NCBI GenBank assembly: GCA_965248535.1
Contig: CBDFJR010000005.1
Span: 1,184,001-1,248,000, forward strand
Source: Phormidesmis sp.
GTDB taxonomy: Bacteria > Cyanobacteriota > Cyanobacteriia > Leptolyngbyales > Leptolyngbyaceae
Reading direction: 5' to 3'
DNA: 64,000 nucleotides
This document shows, piece after piece, positions 10,404 to 20,370 of the stretch. Position numbers and translations under genes: made by a program. Under the pieces are notes generated by a model that had not been told where the DNA came from, did not search any database, and saw nothing but the letters and a program-made list of their open reading frames with translations. Positions within the stretch are counted from its first letter, which is position 1, and the number at the start of each line of letters is the position of its first letter.

Positions 10404-11565
10404 AAGACTACAGCAAAGCCGAATTGCGCGAACCATCCTGTTGGCGTTCGCATTCTTGTGTGCGATCGCATTCAGTCAGGCACTTGCAACCCCCAACCCC
10501 ACGCTGTCCTACGAATGGAATCTGCCTGCCGGATTGCCAAAGCCGATCGTGCCAGTCGATAACCCAATGACGACTGACAAAGTGGAGCTGGGGCGGCACT
10601 TGTTTTATGAAAAGCGCCTCTCAATCACCGGAACGCATTCTTGTGCCTCTTGCCATGAGCAAAAACGCGCCTTCACGGATGCTCAACCTGTCGGCATTGG
10701 CGCAACCGGAGAGAAGCATCCCCGCAACTCAATGAGCCTTGCCAACATTGCCTACAACTCAGTGCTGACCTGGGCAAATCCTCTGATGACGCGGCTCGAA
10801 ACTCAGGCGTTGGTTCCGATGTTTGGTGAACATCCGATCGAGCTAGGAATGGTGGGCAAAGAAGAGCAGATTCTTTCGATGCTGCGCCAAGATCCCGCTT
10901 ATCGAAAGCGGTTTGCTGCGGCGTTTGGAAGTGACGATCGTGCCATTAGTCTGAGTAATCTTACGAAAGCACTGGCATCGTTTGAGCGCAGTTTGATCTC
11001 GTTTAACTCGCCCTACGATCGCTATCGATTTGGCAGTGACAAACGCGCCATCTCTGAGTCGGCTAAACGGGGAGAACGCTTGTTTAACAGCGAACGTCTA
11101 GAGTGCTTTCACTGTCACGGTGGACTCAATTTTTCAGATTCGATCAAGCATGAGCGACTGGCGTTCACTGAGATTGCCTTTCACAACACCGGACTCTACA
11201 ACATCGACGGCAAAGGGGCTTTCCCAGCCAACAATACTGGAGTCTACGAAATCACTCGACAGCCTTCTGATATGGGTCGATTCAAAGCTCCCACCCTGCG
11301 CAATATTGCGCTTACGGCTCCTTATATGCATGATGGCAGTATTACTACGCTAGAAGAGGTGATTGAGCATTACCGGGTGGGTGGACGAACCCTGAATCAT
11401 GGAGAAAATGCAGGAGTCGGGCGTGAAAATCCGTTCAAAAGCCACTTCATTTCTGGATTTGAACTCACTGAGACAGAAAAACAAGATCTGCTGGCGTTCT
11501 TGCATAGTTTGACGGATGAATCATTGATCCACAATCCAGCCTTGAGCGATCCCAATCGAAGTTAA
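10393..11565 (+). CDS. mbnH: MbnH-family di-heme enzyme (bCcP/MauG superfamily)
   Basis: Two CxxCH motifs (CASCH, CFHCH), KVELGRHLFY, FKAPTLRNIALTAPYMHDGS. Confidence 0.88.
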   Translation: MSSKRLQQSRIARTILLAFAFLCAIAFSQALATPNPTLSYEWNLPAGLPKPIVPVDNPMTTDKVELGRHLFYEKRLSITGTHSCASCHEQKRAFTDAQPVGIGATGEKHPRNSMSLANIAYNSVLTWANPLMTRLETQALVPMFGEHPIELGMVGKEEQILSMLRQDPAYRKRFAAAFGSDDRAISLSNLTKALASFERSLISFNSPYDRYRFGSDKRAISESAKRGERLFNSERLECFHCHGGLNFSDSIKHERLAFTEIAFHNTGLYNIDGKGAFPANNTGVYEITRQPSDMGRFKAPTLRNIALTAPYMHDGSITTLEEVIEHYRVGGRTLNHGENAGVGRENPFKSHFISGFELTETEKQDLLAFLHSLTDESLIHNPALSDPNRS

Positions 11566-11723
11566 TTTTCTCGCTTGTGTTGAGAGTGCGTGGTGTTGGC
11601 GTTTGCGTATTTGTTAGCTCGATCGAGAGCCATGAGACTGCCTGTTGCTATGAGCATTACCTCACTTGGATCGCCATTATTTATCCTAAATCGATCGTCA
11701 GGATTTCTACTCATCCCAATCTT

Positions 11724-13037
11724 CAATAGTTCGGACAGTTTTTGCGGTCAGACGTGGACAGAAAAGCTATCCATCAGCTAGGGTGCAGATTAGAAACAAA
11801 GCGCACCGGATGGATAGCCACAGGGAAGAAATTGTACAGACCTTACTGTCAAAAGTGGGAAATTTCGCAAACCGCAATCGAAGTTTTTAGTGACGTTATT
11901 CTCGACGATTTTGGTGGTGTGTGGCAAAGTGAACTTCACGAATTTGAGTCGATACAGTGAATTGAATGAGAAGACGTATCGACGGCAGTTTATTGAAGAG
12001 GTCGACTTTGCGAAATTGAATGCAACCCTGATTCAAGCGGCAGCCGAACCGGGGCATCAGCAACTTGCAGTAATGGATTGCTCGTTCCTTCGCAAAAGCG
12101 GCAAAGCGACGTTTGGGCTAGACCGCTTCTGGAATGGCTGCAATAGTCGTGTGGAGCGAGGATTAGAGGTGTCGTTGGTGGGAGTGGTAGAGGTCGAAAC
12201 GGAGATGAGCTATGCGCTCCACGCCCAGCAAACCTTCGCTCAATCGGAGATGGCGGGCGTGAGTCGGATGGATCAGTATCTCGGTCATCTCACCCTGGTA
12301 CGCCCTCAACTTCCGCCAACGGTGCAGTATTTAGCGGTCGATGGAGCCTATGCGAAAGAGCGGTTTGTGACGGGTGCCACGCGATTGAAGTTGGCTATCA
12401 TCAGCAAACTGCGGTGTGACGCGAATCTGCGCCATCTCTATACGGGGGTGCAGAAGCAACGAGGCAGACCGCGCAAGTACGACGGCAAAGTTGACTAGAC
12501 AGACCTCAGTCGCTTCACCTTTGTGGAAACCGTGCAACCCCAAGTTGACCTCTACACTGCCCGATTGTGGCACGTCTCCTTGAAGCGGGAGATGCGAGTC
12601 GCCTACCTAGTTGACCGTCGCGTTCCGAATCGAGTCCGCACCTGCCTGCTGTTCAGTACCGATGTTGAGCAAGCCCCCAAGCAGATTATTCAGTTCTATA
12701 AATTGCGCTTCGGGATTGAATTTCTCTTTCGCGATGCCAAGCAGTTTACGGGTCTGAGTGATTGTCAAGCCCGTGACCTCTTGAAGTTAGACTTTCATTT
12801 CAATGCCAGTTTTACCGCCCTCAATCTAGCGAAGTTCGACGCGCATCCCCAGCACACCGGTCAAGACCCATTTGTATTCTCAATGGCAAGCGTTAAGCGT
12901 CGTGCCCTCAATCAACACCTACTTGAACGATTTATTGCCACCTTAGACTTGGAGCCAAGCTTGATTAAATCCCATCCCAACTACTCAACCCTTTGCAATT
13001 ACGGCACTATCGCCGCCTAAAACTGTCCGAAGTATTG
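11724..13037 (+). mobile_element. DDE insertion sequence (IS4/IS701-like), copy 1
   Basis: Terminal IRs CAATAGTTCGGACAGTTTT and AAAACTGTCCGAAGTATTG; no clear target duplication. Confidence 0.88.
11810..13020 (+). pseudogene. Transposase with internal stop (TAG 12496-12498) and a 5' frame break
   Basis: DDE motifs AVMDCS, LAVDGAY, RFGIEFLFRDAKQ; copy 2 reads GAC-CTC-ACA where this copy has GAC-TAG-ACA. Confidence 0.85.
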
Positions 13038-13461
13038 TCATCACAAAGCTTGATTAAAATTCGATAGTTGTAGAGCGATCGTACTGGGCGCTTTCTCTGA
13101 TAAGCTCCCCCCAAATCGATAACAAAGCTCCCAGTGGGAGATAAAATTCGATGGACTTTTTTGCAGAACGCAAAAAGCCAGTCCACATAGGCTTATTGGT
13201 CAACATTGCCATAAGTTTTCTCGCGTTGCAAAGCAAAGGGAGGAGAAGTCATGACTAAATCAATTGAATCAGCCTCAAGCTGCTCTAGCAAGTTAAGGGA
13301 ATTTCCAACATAGGCTGCCCCCTGACTTGTGACATAGAGAGGATTATTTAATATCTACTTTATCTTGACCTGCACTGACAGTACAGATTATAAGTTCTTA
13401 CGCTACAGATACCGCTTGCATTTGTGAGTAACTCTATACCTGTCAGCCCTTTTTCAGAAAA

Positions 13462-15300
13462 TCATAGTCCTAATTCTGGCGATCGCTGCTTCCCCCTCGC
13501 CAGCTTTTTCTCCTGTTGCTTCTGGCAAGCCTGATCAACCGTCTGACGAATGTAAGCCTCAATCTTGTCTGAGCTTCGTCCCTTTTGCGTCATCTCCTGA
13601 ACAAAAGGACTGTGGTGCAGCACTTGAGCGATCTCTTGGGGCGATCGCCCATCCTCAAATGCTCTCCGTGCCGCTAAAGAATTGAGCTTCACCGTATTAC
13701 TTGCCTCAATGCCTTGGCTGTAGCGTTGCCAAAGTTGCTGACCCTCTTTTACTTTTTCTGCGGCGGAATGCCCAACCGTTCCATCATTTGCTGCTGCCCC
13801 TGCTCCAACCGTTGTAAGCGGATCTCGCTGCTGTTGACGATTTGATGGGTTCGGTTCTGCGCGACGGGCGGCAAGGTCTGAATCAAGATCCAAACGATCG
13901 CTGACACCAAAACGCTCGAAAACGTCAGCGCTCCCAGAATCCCGCGATAGGTCACTAACTCCCCGCTCAGAAACAGCTTCAGGGGGAACGCTGATTGGTT
14001 GGGCATCGCTTGCTGCACTTTCTCGACGTGACTGGTGAGCGTCACCAATCGTTGTCCGGTCTTGTCCTCTAGATTGGTCAGTCGCTCTTTCATCGCCAGG
14101 AATGATTGGTTGAAGTCGTGGCACGATCGGCTGATCACTCCCTGATTCTGTCCCACTGTGATCAGTTCGCTCTTGAAGGCGGCGAGTTCCTGGCGCATCG
14201 TCCCCATCTCGCGGCTGATGCGAGTCAACTGCTCTAACTGGTTGAGGTCGAGTTGCGTTTGATGCCGCAACTGTTGATTCATCTCTGATAAGCTGCTGCT
14301 GACCTGATTCTGGCTCTGATCTTGGTTGACCAAGTGCTGATTGATCGCCGAGAGTTCGTAGTGCAACTGCTGGAAGTACGTCAGGTATTGCTTGATCTCG
14401 ATCAGTTCTTCTTCTAGAGTTTGCGATCGCTGGCTCAAAGCTTTCAGCGATTCGCTCAAACTCTGCAACAACGTCCGCGTTGATTCCGGATTCTGAAGAT
14501 TGGAGGGGTCGATCTGCTGCTTGGCAAGTTGCCTCAAATTCTGTGGTGTGGTCATAGCGAAGTCCTTTGTACTTTTGCAGTCCTGGAAAGGTGTAAGCTC
14601 TGCCTAATTGGCTGCCACTGAATGCAATTCCATCCAACTCGTAGCTGATGCCAGTGATTTCCTGATGTCGCGTCTTGCGAAGCCGGATGTTAGTGCCCTG
14701 GTCTTTTAATCGGTGGATGAGTTGCACGATCGAGGGATTTCCTTCAGCCGCCTGGTCAATCTGAGCTTGCAACTTGACTCGAATCGGAAGTTCACCAGTT
14801 CGCTCAAATCGACGCATTTCTCCCGTGGTAGGAGCCGCCTCAACTTTTTCCCAACTCGACTGCACCGATTCCAGCTGGTATTGCTTTTCTAAGGTGCGAA
14901 TTAACGTTTCCGCTCGACGTTTTTCCCAAGAATCGCGAACGGTTGCACCGTCAGTTAATCGAATGCGACACAGCCCAATGTGAATGTGATCGTGGTCTTG
15001 GTCATGATGGCGATAGACGACATATTGACAGTTTTCGTAGCCCATTCCGGTAATGTAGTCTTGCGCGATCGCATTCCAGCGATCGTCATCGAGATGCTCA
15101 TGCTTTGGCAGCGAGAGAGAAACGTGGCAAACGGCTTTCTTCAATCTGAAATTCAATTCTCGCGCCACTCGAAACTCAGCCGCCAGTTCGCGAGGCGTTT
15201 CTCCCACCATGTTGCCGCCGATCTGTTGGGCGAACTCTTTGCCATGCAGGTAGTTCAGGAGTCCTCGAAAACTCTTTCCTTGAACAATTTTACCAATCAC
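13462..15300 (-). CDS. Relaxase/mobilisation nuclease (MOBP-like)
   Basis: N-terminal GKSFRGLLNY (Tyr), HVSLSL, 3H motif HHDQDHDHIHI, GISYELDG..FSGSQLG. Confidence 0.9.
   Translation of the reverse strand: MIGKIVQGKSFRGLLNYLHGKEFAQQIGGNMVGETPRELAAEFRVARELNFRLKKAVCHVSLSLPKHEHLDDDRWNAIAQDYITGMGYENCQYVVYRHHDQDHDHIHIGLCRIRLTDGATVRDSWEKRRAETLIRTLEKQYQLESVQSSWEKVEAAPTTGEMRRFERTGELPIRVKLQAQIDQAAEGNPSIVQLIHRLKDQGTNIRLRKTRHQEITGISYELDGIAFSGSQLGRAYTFPGLQKYKGLRYDHTTEFEATCQAADRPLQSSESGINADVVAEFERIAESFEPAIANSRRRTDRDQAIPDVLPAVALRTLGDQSALGQPRSEPESGQQQLIRDESTVAASNATRPQPVRAVDSHQPRDGDDAPGTRRLQERTDHSGTESGSDQPIVPRLQPIIPGDERATDQSRGQDRTTIGDAHQSRRESAASDAQPISVPPEAVSERGVSDLSRDSGSADVFERFGVSDRLDLDSDLAARRAEPNPSNRQQQRDPLTTVGAGAAANDGTVGHSAAEKVKEGQQLWQRYSQGIEASNTVKLNSLAARRAFEDGRSPQEIAQVLHHSPFVQEMTQKGRSSDKIEAYIRQTVDQACQKQQEKKLARGKQRSPELGL
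13749..14555 (-). CDS. Nested out-of-frame gene inside the relaxase: coiled-coil protein with C-terminal TM helix (MobB/MbeB-like accessory)
   Basis: 268-aa ORF; AAAGGA 7 nt before ATG; Leu/Gln/Glu heptads; hydrophobic GILGALTFSSVLVSAIVWILI. Confidence 0.7.
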   Translation of the reverse strand: MTTPQNLRQLAKQQIDPSNLQNPESTRTLLQSLSESLKALSQRSQTLEEELIEIKQYLTYFQQLHYELSAINQHLVNQDQSQNQVSSSLSEMNQQLRHQTQLDLNQLEQLTRISREMGTMRQELAAFKSELITVGQNQGVISRSCHDFNQSFLAMKERLTNLEDKTGQRLVTLTSHVEKVQQAMPNQSAFPLKLFLSGELVTYRGILGALTFSSVLVSAIVWILIQTLPPVAQNRTHQIVNSSEIRLQRLEQGQQQMMERLGIPPQKK

Positions 15301-15314
15301 AACGTTGCGTCTTT

Positions 15315-15701
15315 CTATTCAGGTTCGTCTTCGTGATTTGGATCGATAGCCATCACCGCCAACCGAATTTCTTTGATTTGAGTCTTTAATTCTGCAATCA
15401 CAGTTGGATCAATCTTACAACTCTGATAGGTGTGAGTTGCCAGGTTAGATGCTCTCGCAATCTGGTTCAGATTGTTATTAATTCTGCCTAACTCCAAGTA
15501 GATCAGACGATTCATTTCGGGAACTCGTGGACGACTTCGCCGTTGCGGAACGGGTTGCCCTAGTCCCGCTTTCAACAAATACTCACTCATACTCAGCGAC
15601 CCGGCTCGATCGTCGAGATAAGACCGTTCAGACTCGCTGACCCAAACCGTAATGTGCTTGTCTCGAACTTCGCCCGTGGGAGATTTTCGCTTTCTTGCCA
15701 T
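15315..15701 (-). CDS. mobC: Relaxosome accessory protein MobC
   Basis: RHH-like N-terminus and ELGRINNNLNQIAR motif; directly upstream of the relaxase. Confidence 0.88.
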   Translation of the reverse strand: MARKRKSPTGEVRDKHITVWVSESERSYLDDRAGSLSMSEYLLKAGLGQPVPQRRSRPRVPEMNRLIYLELGRINNNLNQIARASNLATHTYQSCKIDPTVIAELKTQIKEIRLAVMAIDPNHEDEPE

Positions 15702-15884
15702 GTGCAAACGCAACTCAAAAATCAGGTTGAATCTGACTCAGAAACACTGCTTGCTCCTAACCTTGATCGCTCAATGTACCCCATTTGCCAATTCTGTTGA
15801 GGGGCGATCGTCAAGACTGAACGTGAGATCAATCTGCGATGCAACCCTTCTGAACTTATCGCAAAAAATTGTCTCTCTGCCTCT

Positions 15885-16060
15885 AAGTACCTACTTTTTA
15901 ACTTTATTTAACTTCTATTTACCTTTAATTGCCTTCTAAATACCTTCTTCTCTTGAAAATCTCTCAAATTAGCGATAGGGTTGTGGAAAGCAGCGGCAGT
16001 CACCTACTTTCTACCTTGTGAATGTCACTGCTTAACTTTTCAGGGTTAACCGCTACCTTC
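15885..16060 (+). repeat. Short phased TA(A/C)CTT-like repeats upstream of parM; candidate parC/operator
   Basis: TACCTA, TAACTT, TAACTT, TACCTT, TGCCTT, TACCTT at about 10-11-bp spacing 15888-15946; further copies at 16002-16060. Confidence 0.45.
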
Positions 16061-16117
16061 GACTGTCTTGACTACTAGATCGAAAGACCTGAATCGTCTC
16101 GAACAAGGAATCCTCTC

Positions 16118-17266
16118 ATGACTGCTTCACCGCCAGACGTGATTATGACGATCGACACCGGAACGTCTCAGAGCAAGGTGTTCTGGAAGCATTGGTCGCA
16201 AGGCAACACAGAACTTCTGCTGATGGGATCTGAGTTTTTGGAGATTGCTTCCAGCGATTTACTCGACACTGGACTCTCTGGAGGCAGACCCGAAAACGAT
16301 GCTTTCCTCGAACTCGCTAACGGCAAAACCTATGTGTTGGGAATGAAGGCTCAACAAATGCGCGGCAAACCACCTGCGGGGTTGAGTAAGTATGAGTTTG
16401 CAGCGTACAAAGCTTTGGCAATCATTGGCGCGATCGCGGAAACCGCAAATTTGCCAGATAGTTTTACGATCGCGCTGTCTGCTCTATTGCCTTACAAGGA
16501 ATATCAGGATCGCAAAGCCTTTCATGATCTGCTTACGAGTAACCTGGCTGGGTTTAATTTCCGAGGTTGGCATTACTCAGTGTCTGCGCTCACGTTAGAA
16601 GTCAAGCCAGAGGGAGCGGGACTGGCTCAGAGCCGTCGCAACGATGCACCTAAATCCTTTAGCGACAGAAACATTCTGGTAGTCATGGTCGGTCAGCGGG
16701 ATGCCTCACTCCTACCATTCAAACAAGGCACACCTCAAAGCGGTCAGGGAGTTCGGTTGGGGTTTGAGCAGTTTTTGGAAGCGATCGTGTCTCGTGCCTC
16801 GCTCAATCTGGACAACAGAGATGCCGGACGGCTGACGGAGTATCTCTTCCAAACTCAAGAAAATCCCAAAATGGTCGAGCGGATTGCTCGAATGGTCGTA
16901 ACCGAATCTGAGGTCGGGCGCAAGGCAGAACAAATCAGAGAAGCGATCTCAACCGCTAAAAATCGCTATGCGCGGGACTTACTAGACTGGATTAAATCTG
17001 CACTGGGGCAAGACCTTTACGAGTTTGATGAAGCGATCGTCTCTGGAGGTGCTGCTTTGTATCTCAAGGACGAGCTTGAAGCCTTCTTTGCCGAATACAA
17101 CTTAGAGGTATCTTGGGCTGCGAATCTACAAGAGCAAATCAATCAATCGCTGGTTTACCCCATTGATTTGGTTCTAGCTTGCCGCGTCTCGGATGCGTTT
17201 GGGGTGTTTAAGCTGCTGGGCGGCAAAGTGAGTAGACTGGCGGAAGGAATGACGATCGTTCGATAG
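16118..17266 (+). CDS. parM: ParM/StbA actin-like partition ATPase
   Basis: IDTGTSQSK phosphate-1, VKPEGAG, VMVGQRDAS, IVSGGAA actin-fold motifs. Confidence 0.85.
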   Translation: MTASPPDVIMTIDTGTSQSKVFWKHWSQGNTELLLMGSEFLEIASSDLLDTGLSGGRPENDAFLELANGKTYVLGMKAQQMRGKPPAGLSKYEFAAYKALAIIGAIAETANLPDSFTIALSALLPYKEYQDRKAFHDLLTSNLAGFNFRGWHYSVSALTLEVKPEGAGLAQSRRNDAPKSFSDRNILVVMVGQRDASLLPFKQGTPQSGQGVRLGFEQFLEAIVSRASLNLDNRDAGRLTEYLFQTQENPKMVERIARMVVTESEVGRKAEQIREAISTAKNRYARDLLDWIKSALGQDLYEFDEAIVSGGAALYLKDELEAFFAEYNLEVSWAANLQEQINQSLVYPIDLVLACRVSDAFGVFKLLGGKVSRLAEGMTIVR

Positions 17267-17276
17267 GAATGTCTCA

Positions 17277-17774
17277 ATGTCCACGAAAAAGTTTGACTAT
17301 CGGGTCAGAGTCCAAGTTGCAGCAGATAGTCCAGATGGGGTGCTGCTGGACTGCATCAAGAATGAGCGGCATCAATCCTACTCGCACAAGGAAATGCTGT
17401 TATGGGCGCTGCGGGCATACTGGATGCCCACGGCTTACCAGCTTCAACGAGAGCAAGGGGATTCGTCAATTTCAGATGCCCAGATGAAGCGGATCGCCTT
17501 AGATGCCATTCATCAACTTAAGCAGCAAATTTCCTACCTTCAATCGACGTTTGAAGTCGGGCAAGATTATCCAACCGAAGGAGCAACCGTCGCACCTTCC
17601 TCGCAGCCGTTGCGATCGCTCGTCGCAACCCATGCAACTTCAGAAACCATCGCAGCGAGTCCATCAAATCCTGCCAACGCTTCCGAAACAATCTCTATTG
17701 CAGATGGAGAAGTCTCTCAAGAACCCGGTGAGGAATGGTACGACAGCGATGACTTATTCGACTCTCAAGTTTAG
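17277..17774 (+). CDS. Probable ParR-type adaptor
   Basis: Small gene 10 bp after parM, beta-strand-like N-terminus, acidic disordered tail. Confidence 0.6.
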   Translation: MSTKKFDYRVRVQVAADSPDGVLLDCIKNERHQSYSHKEMLLWALRAYWMPTAYQLQREQGDSSISDAQMKRIALDAIHQLKQQISYLQSTFEVGQDYPTEGATVAPSSQPLRSLVATHATSETIAASPSNPANASETISIADGEVSQEPGEEWYDSDDLFDSQV

Positions 17775-17892
17775 CGAGTGAAAACACTGCCTCTAAATTT
17801 GTCCCCGTTTTTTCTCTAAGTTGATACAAAATAAACGCTAAAGAGACGAAATCCCATCAGAGTTCTGAGAGAACTAGCAACGCCGTGGACGT

Positions 17893-18120
17893 TCAAACAC
17901 GATCACTAAAGCGCAAATCATCCAAAGCCTCTTGAATCATCTGGTCAAAGTGTGGATGTTGCCACACCAAACGCTGAATGAGAAGATTAGCGACCACAAA
18001 AACTTCATCTGAACAAATAGACGTACCTTCAGAATCGATTGCCCATTGCTGGATGTGAGTCAGTAGCCGAGTCACTTTGCTGACTTCGCAAATACCTGAT
18101 TGGGAAGATTTCTTTCTCAT
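17893..18120 (-). CDS. Small hypothetical protein
   Basis: ATG (MRKKSS...) with AGGAG upstream, within track ORF 17893-18183. Confidence 0.55.
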   Translation of the reverse strand: MRKKSSQSGICEVSKVTRLLTHIQQWAIDSEGTSICSDEVFVVANLLIQRLVWQHPHFDQMIQEALDDLRFSDRV

Positions 18121-18429
18121 AGTGGTTCTCCTGAGTTTTTCAGAATGATGAATGCCCCGAAAGAACTCACAATCACTTTTCAATCAGGGCAACGATTCAA
18201 GCAAGCTGAGTTGCCGATCGCACTGTCCGGTGAGTTCTGCCCACTGTCGAGCGAAGGCTCTAGAATTTCGGCACTGATCATTTGCCAATTTGGGAGCCAC
18301 CACATAAAACTCCTCAAAGGCAGGATAAATTCCTTCCGTGCGATCGTGGATATAAAATCGTTTGCCGTAGCGTTCCCCAAGCGATCACTCAGGGAACTGA
18401 ACAGGAAATTAAAAGTATTTGCTTTGGAT

Positions 18430-18693
18430 TCACTTCCGGTGAAGACTGCGTAACTGGTCAGACTTCCACCAAACCGCACTTAGCTTGGTCAAGCCATCCA
18501 GTTGATAGAGCCATTGCCCTAGCTGATGATCCGAGGATTCGTATTTCATTCCGATAACGGTTGCAACTTCTCTGGTCAGTTTCACTCTAACCACTTGGAA
18601 AAAGGCAAAATCCGGCAGTGCTGCCTGTTGGTTCAAAATACTGATACTGAGGCGATGGGCATCATCTGAGCTTTGAGGTTTTGTGGTACTCAT
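18430..18693 (-). CDS. Small hypothetical protein, possibly SH3/KOW-like
   Basis: GGAG RBS; FQVVRVK..ATVIGMKY..WLYQLDG beta-rich pattern. Confidence 0.6.
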   Translation of the reverse strand: MSTTKPQSSDDAHRLSISILNQQAALPDFAFFQVVRVKLTREVATVIGMKYESSDHQLGQWLYQLDGLTKLSAVWWKSDQLRSLHRK

Positions 18694-18709
18694 GGTTCAA
18701 ACTCCAAGT

Positions 18710-18743
18710 AAAAAAATCCCCTCAAACGGCGGTTCAAGGGGAT
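18710..18743 (-). terminator. Intrinsic terminator
   Basis: ATCCCCTTGAACCG/CGTTTGAGGGGAT hairpin followed by a T-run on the minus strand. Confidence 0.65.
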
Positions 18744-18778
18744 GAATTTGAGGGGATTAGAAACTATAGGAGCGCAAT

Positions 18779-19696
18779 CTAAAATTCCTGCATATAGGGA
18801 ATTTCATCGCTACCGTAATCAACGTCAGCGCCGTAACTGTCTTCGCTGTAGTCAGCATTATGGTCAGATACAGGAGGTTTTGTTTCTCGATCGGGGTTGC
18901 CAAAGTCTACCCACTCCTCAAACTCCGTCAAAATTTTTACTTTAAGGATTTCGTCGTACCCCACAAAAAAGTTCTGCCAATTCTGAGCGATCGGCTTCCC
19001 ATAATCAGCAACGGAGCAAACCCAGGATTTCGCCTTTTTGCCTTTCAGTTCTGGCTGAACTTGGACTGAAAAAATCGACAATGACAGGAAGCAATCACTC
19101 CTTGCTTTTTTGGCTCCAGTTGCTTGAGCATAAGCCTTGCTCATCTCGCGGCGAAACTTTCCATTTGCCTCGCCAAACGAACCGCAAAACGTTGTTTTTG
19201 TCGTGAATAATAGCGGTGACTGGTGGAGTAACTGCTTCTGCTGATTCACAAGATAAGTTAGGTAGCGCGTCTTCAAAATCATGGTGTCTCGGCTGTAGTC
19301 CTGCTGGCTATAGACTCCGATGAAATTCCCGCTCTCCTTCTCAAACATCAGCAAGGGAGGTTTTCGCAGAATTAGAAATCGGGCAGTTAGGCTGCGATAA
19401 CCTTTGGCAGTGCTACCACTGGAAAACGTAGCAGTGTAAGGTGCCCACTCTCCAGCCGGATCAGCAAAGCTAATTTCCTCTGCATTTTCCAAGGTCAAGA
19501 AGAATCCAGCTTGACTGGGATCTTGTTGATTCAGCATTTGTAGATAAGGAAGCGTTTCGTATCCACCTTCAAATTCAGGTGCATCAAAACCGTTGATCAG
19601 TGAATCGATAGTCTCATCTCCCGATCGTTCCAGCGTTGTCATCTGACTACTAGATTGCGTTGATTGAATAGATTTGTGATTACTGTTACGTGTCAT
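18779..19696 (-). CDS. DUF5895-like cyanobacterial plasmid protein
   Basis: LPYLQMLN..GFFLT, TRYLTYLV...LH.SPL, GSFG, KAKSWVC; acidic C-terminal tail. Confidence 0.65.
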   Translation of the reverse strand: MTRNSNHKSIQSTQSSSQMTTLERSGDETIDSLINGFDAPEFEGGYETLPYLQMLNQQDPSQAGFFLTLENAEEISFADPAGEWAPYTATFSSGSTAKGYRSLTARFLILRKPPLLMFEKESGNFIGVYSQQDYSRDTMILKTRYLTYLVNQQKQLLHQSPLLFTTKTTFCGSFGEANGKFRREMSKAYAQATGAKKARSDCFLSLSIFSVQVQPELKGKKAKSWVCSVADYGKPIAQNWQNFFVGYDEILKVKILTEFEEWVDFGNPDRETKPPVSDHNADYSEDSYGADVDYGSDEIPYMQEF

Positions 19697-19771
19697 TGTT
19701 CAATTTTCCTAAAGAACAAAGAAGAGGACTAAGTTTCTTCTCTTAGCCCCCTCGTGTGGTTCAATGCCCCA

Positions 19772-20053
19772 TCAAAAGTCGCCGTTGTAGTAGCAGGGAT
19801 CAGGGGTATCGACCCAACCAAAGGCAAAGTGTTGAGTTGGCGAGTAGTGAACGATGCGTCCCTGCTCATCTTTCGGCAATTGCTTGAGTTTAGTGACGTA
19901 GCCTTCTAGGTAGCCTGGATCTGCGTAGCGAGGCAGTTGTCCAAAAGCGGCATCGTTCTGCCCATCCAAATATTGCGTTTTGTAGATGTCTTGACGAGTT
20001 TTTTCATCTCGTTGGTCGCGCTCATCGGCGCGGCAGTCATCAATAAAAGCCAT
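19772..20053 (-). CDS. Hypothetical protein
   Basis: ATG after AAGGAG; YLDG..DAAFG.LP....YLEGY pattern. Confidence 0.65.
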   Translation of the reverse strand: MAFIDDCRADERDQRDEKTRQDIYKTQYLDGQNDAAFGQLPRYADPGYLEGYVTKLKQLPKDEQGRIVHYSPTQHFAFGWVDTPDPCYYNGDF

Positions 20054-20252
20054 AAAATCGAGGTACTCCTTGTGAGTCAAGAGAGTGCTTGTGATTTCGA
20101 GTCCAGGGCACTCTTTTAGGTTTTCGTGGGCGATGAATTGTTCAATTTCGTGACGGCTGGGTTATATCCTCGCGGCGTTCATAACCAGTTCTGCGGTATC
20201 AGCAGGTTCCCCGTACTTCTTGGCTTCGGTGTCCAATTGCTTTGTTATTTCT

Positions 20253-20294
20253 ATAATATACGTGGTTAAGTAGAAAGTCAACACAATACGTGGT
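20253..20294 (-). promoter_or_regulatory. Near-consensus sigma70 promoter with 9-bp direct repeats
   Basis: Minus strand TTGACT (20276-20281), 17 bp, TATTAT (20253-20258); ATACGTGGT at 20258-20266 and 20286-20294. Confidence 0.65.
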
Positions 20295-20370
20295 AATTGA
20301 GAAATTTCTTTACGATTCTGTGAAAACTAGAGAAGCGCCATAACCATCATGCAAAGCTAGGGGAGTAAAG

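Noticed and set aside
18180..18479. 99-aa minus-strand ORF
   Set aside because: Overlaps a better ORF, no clear RBS or motif
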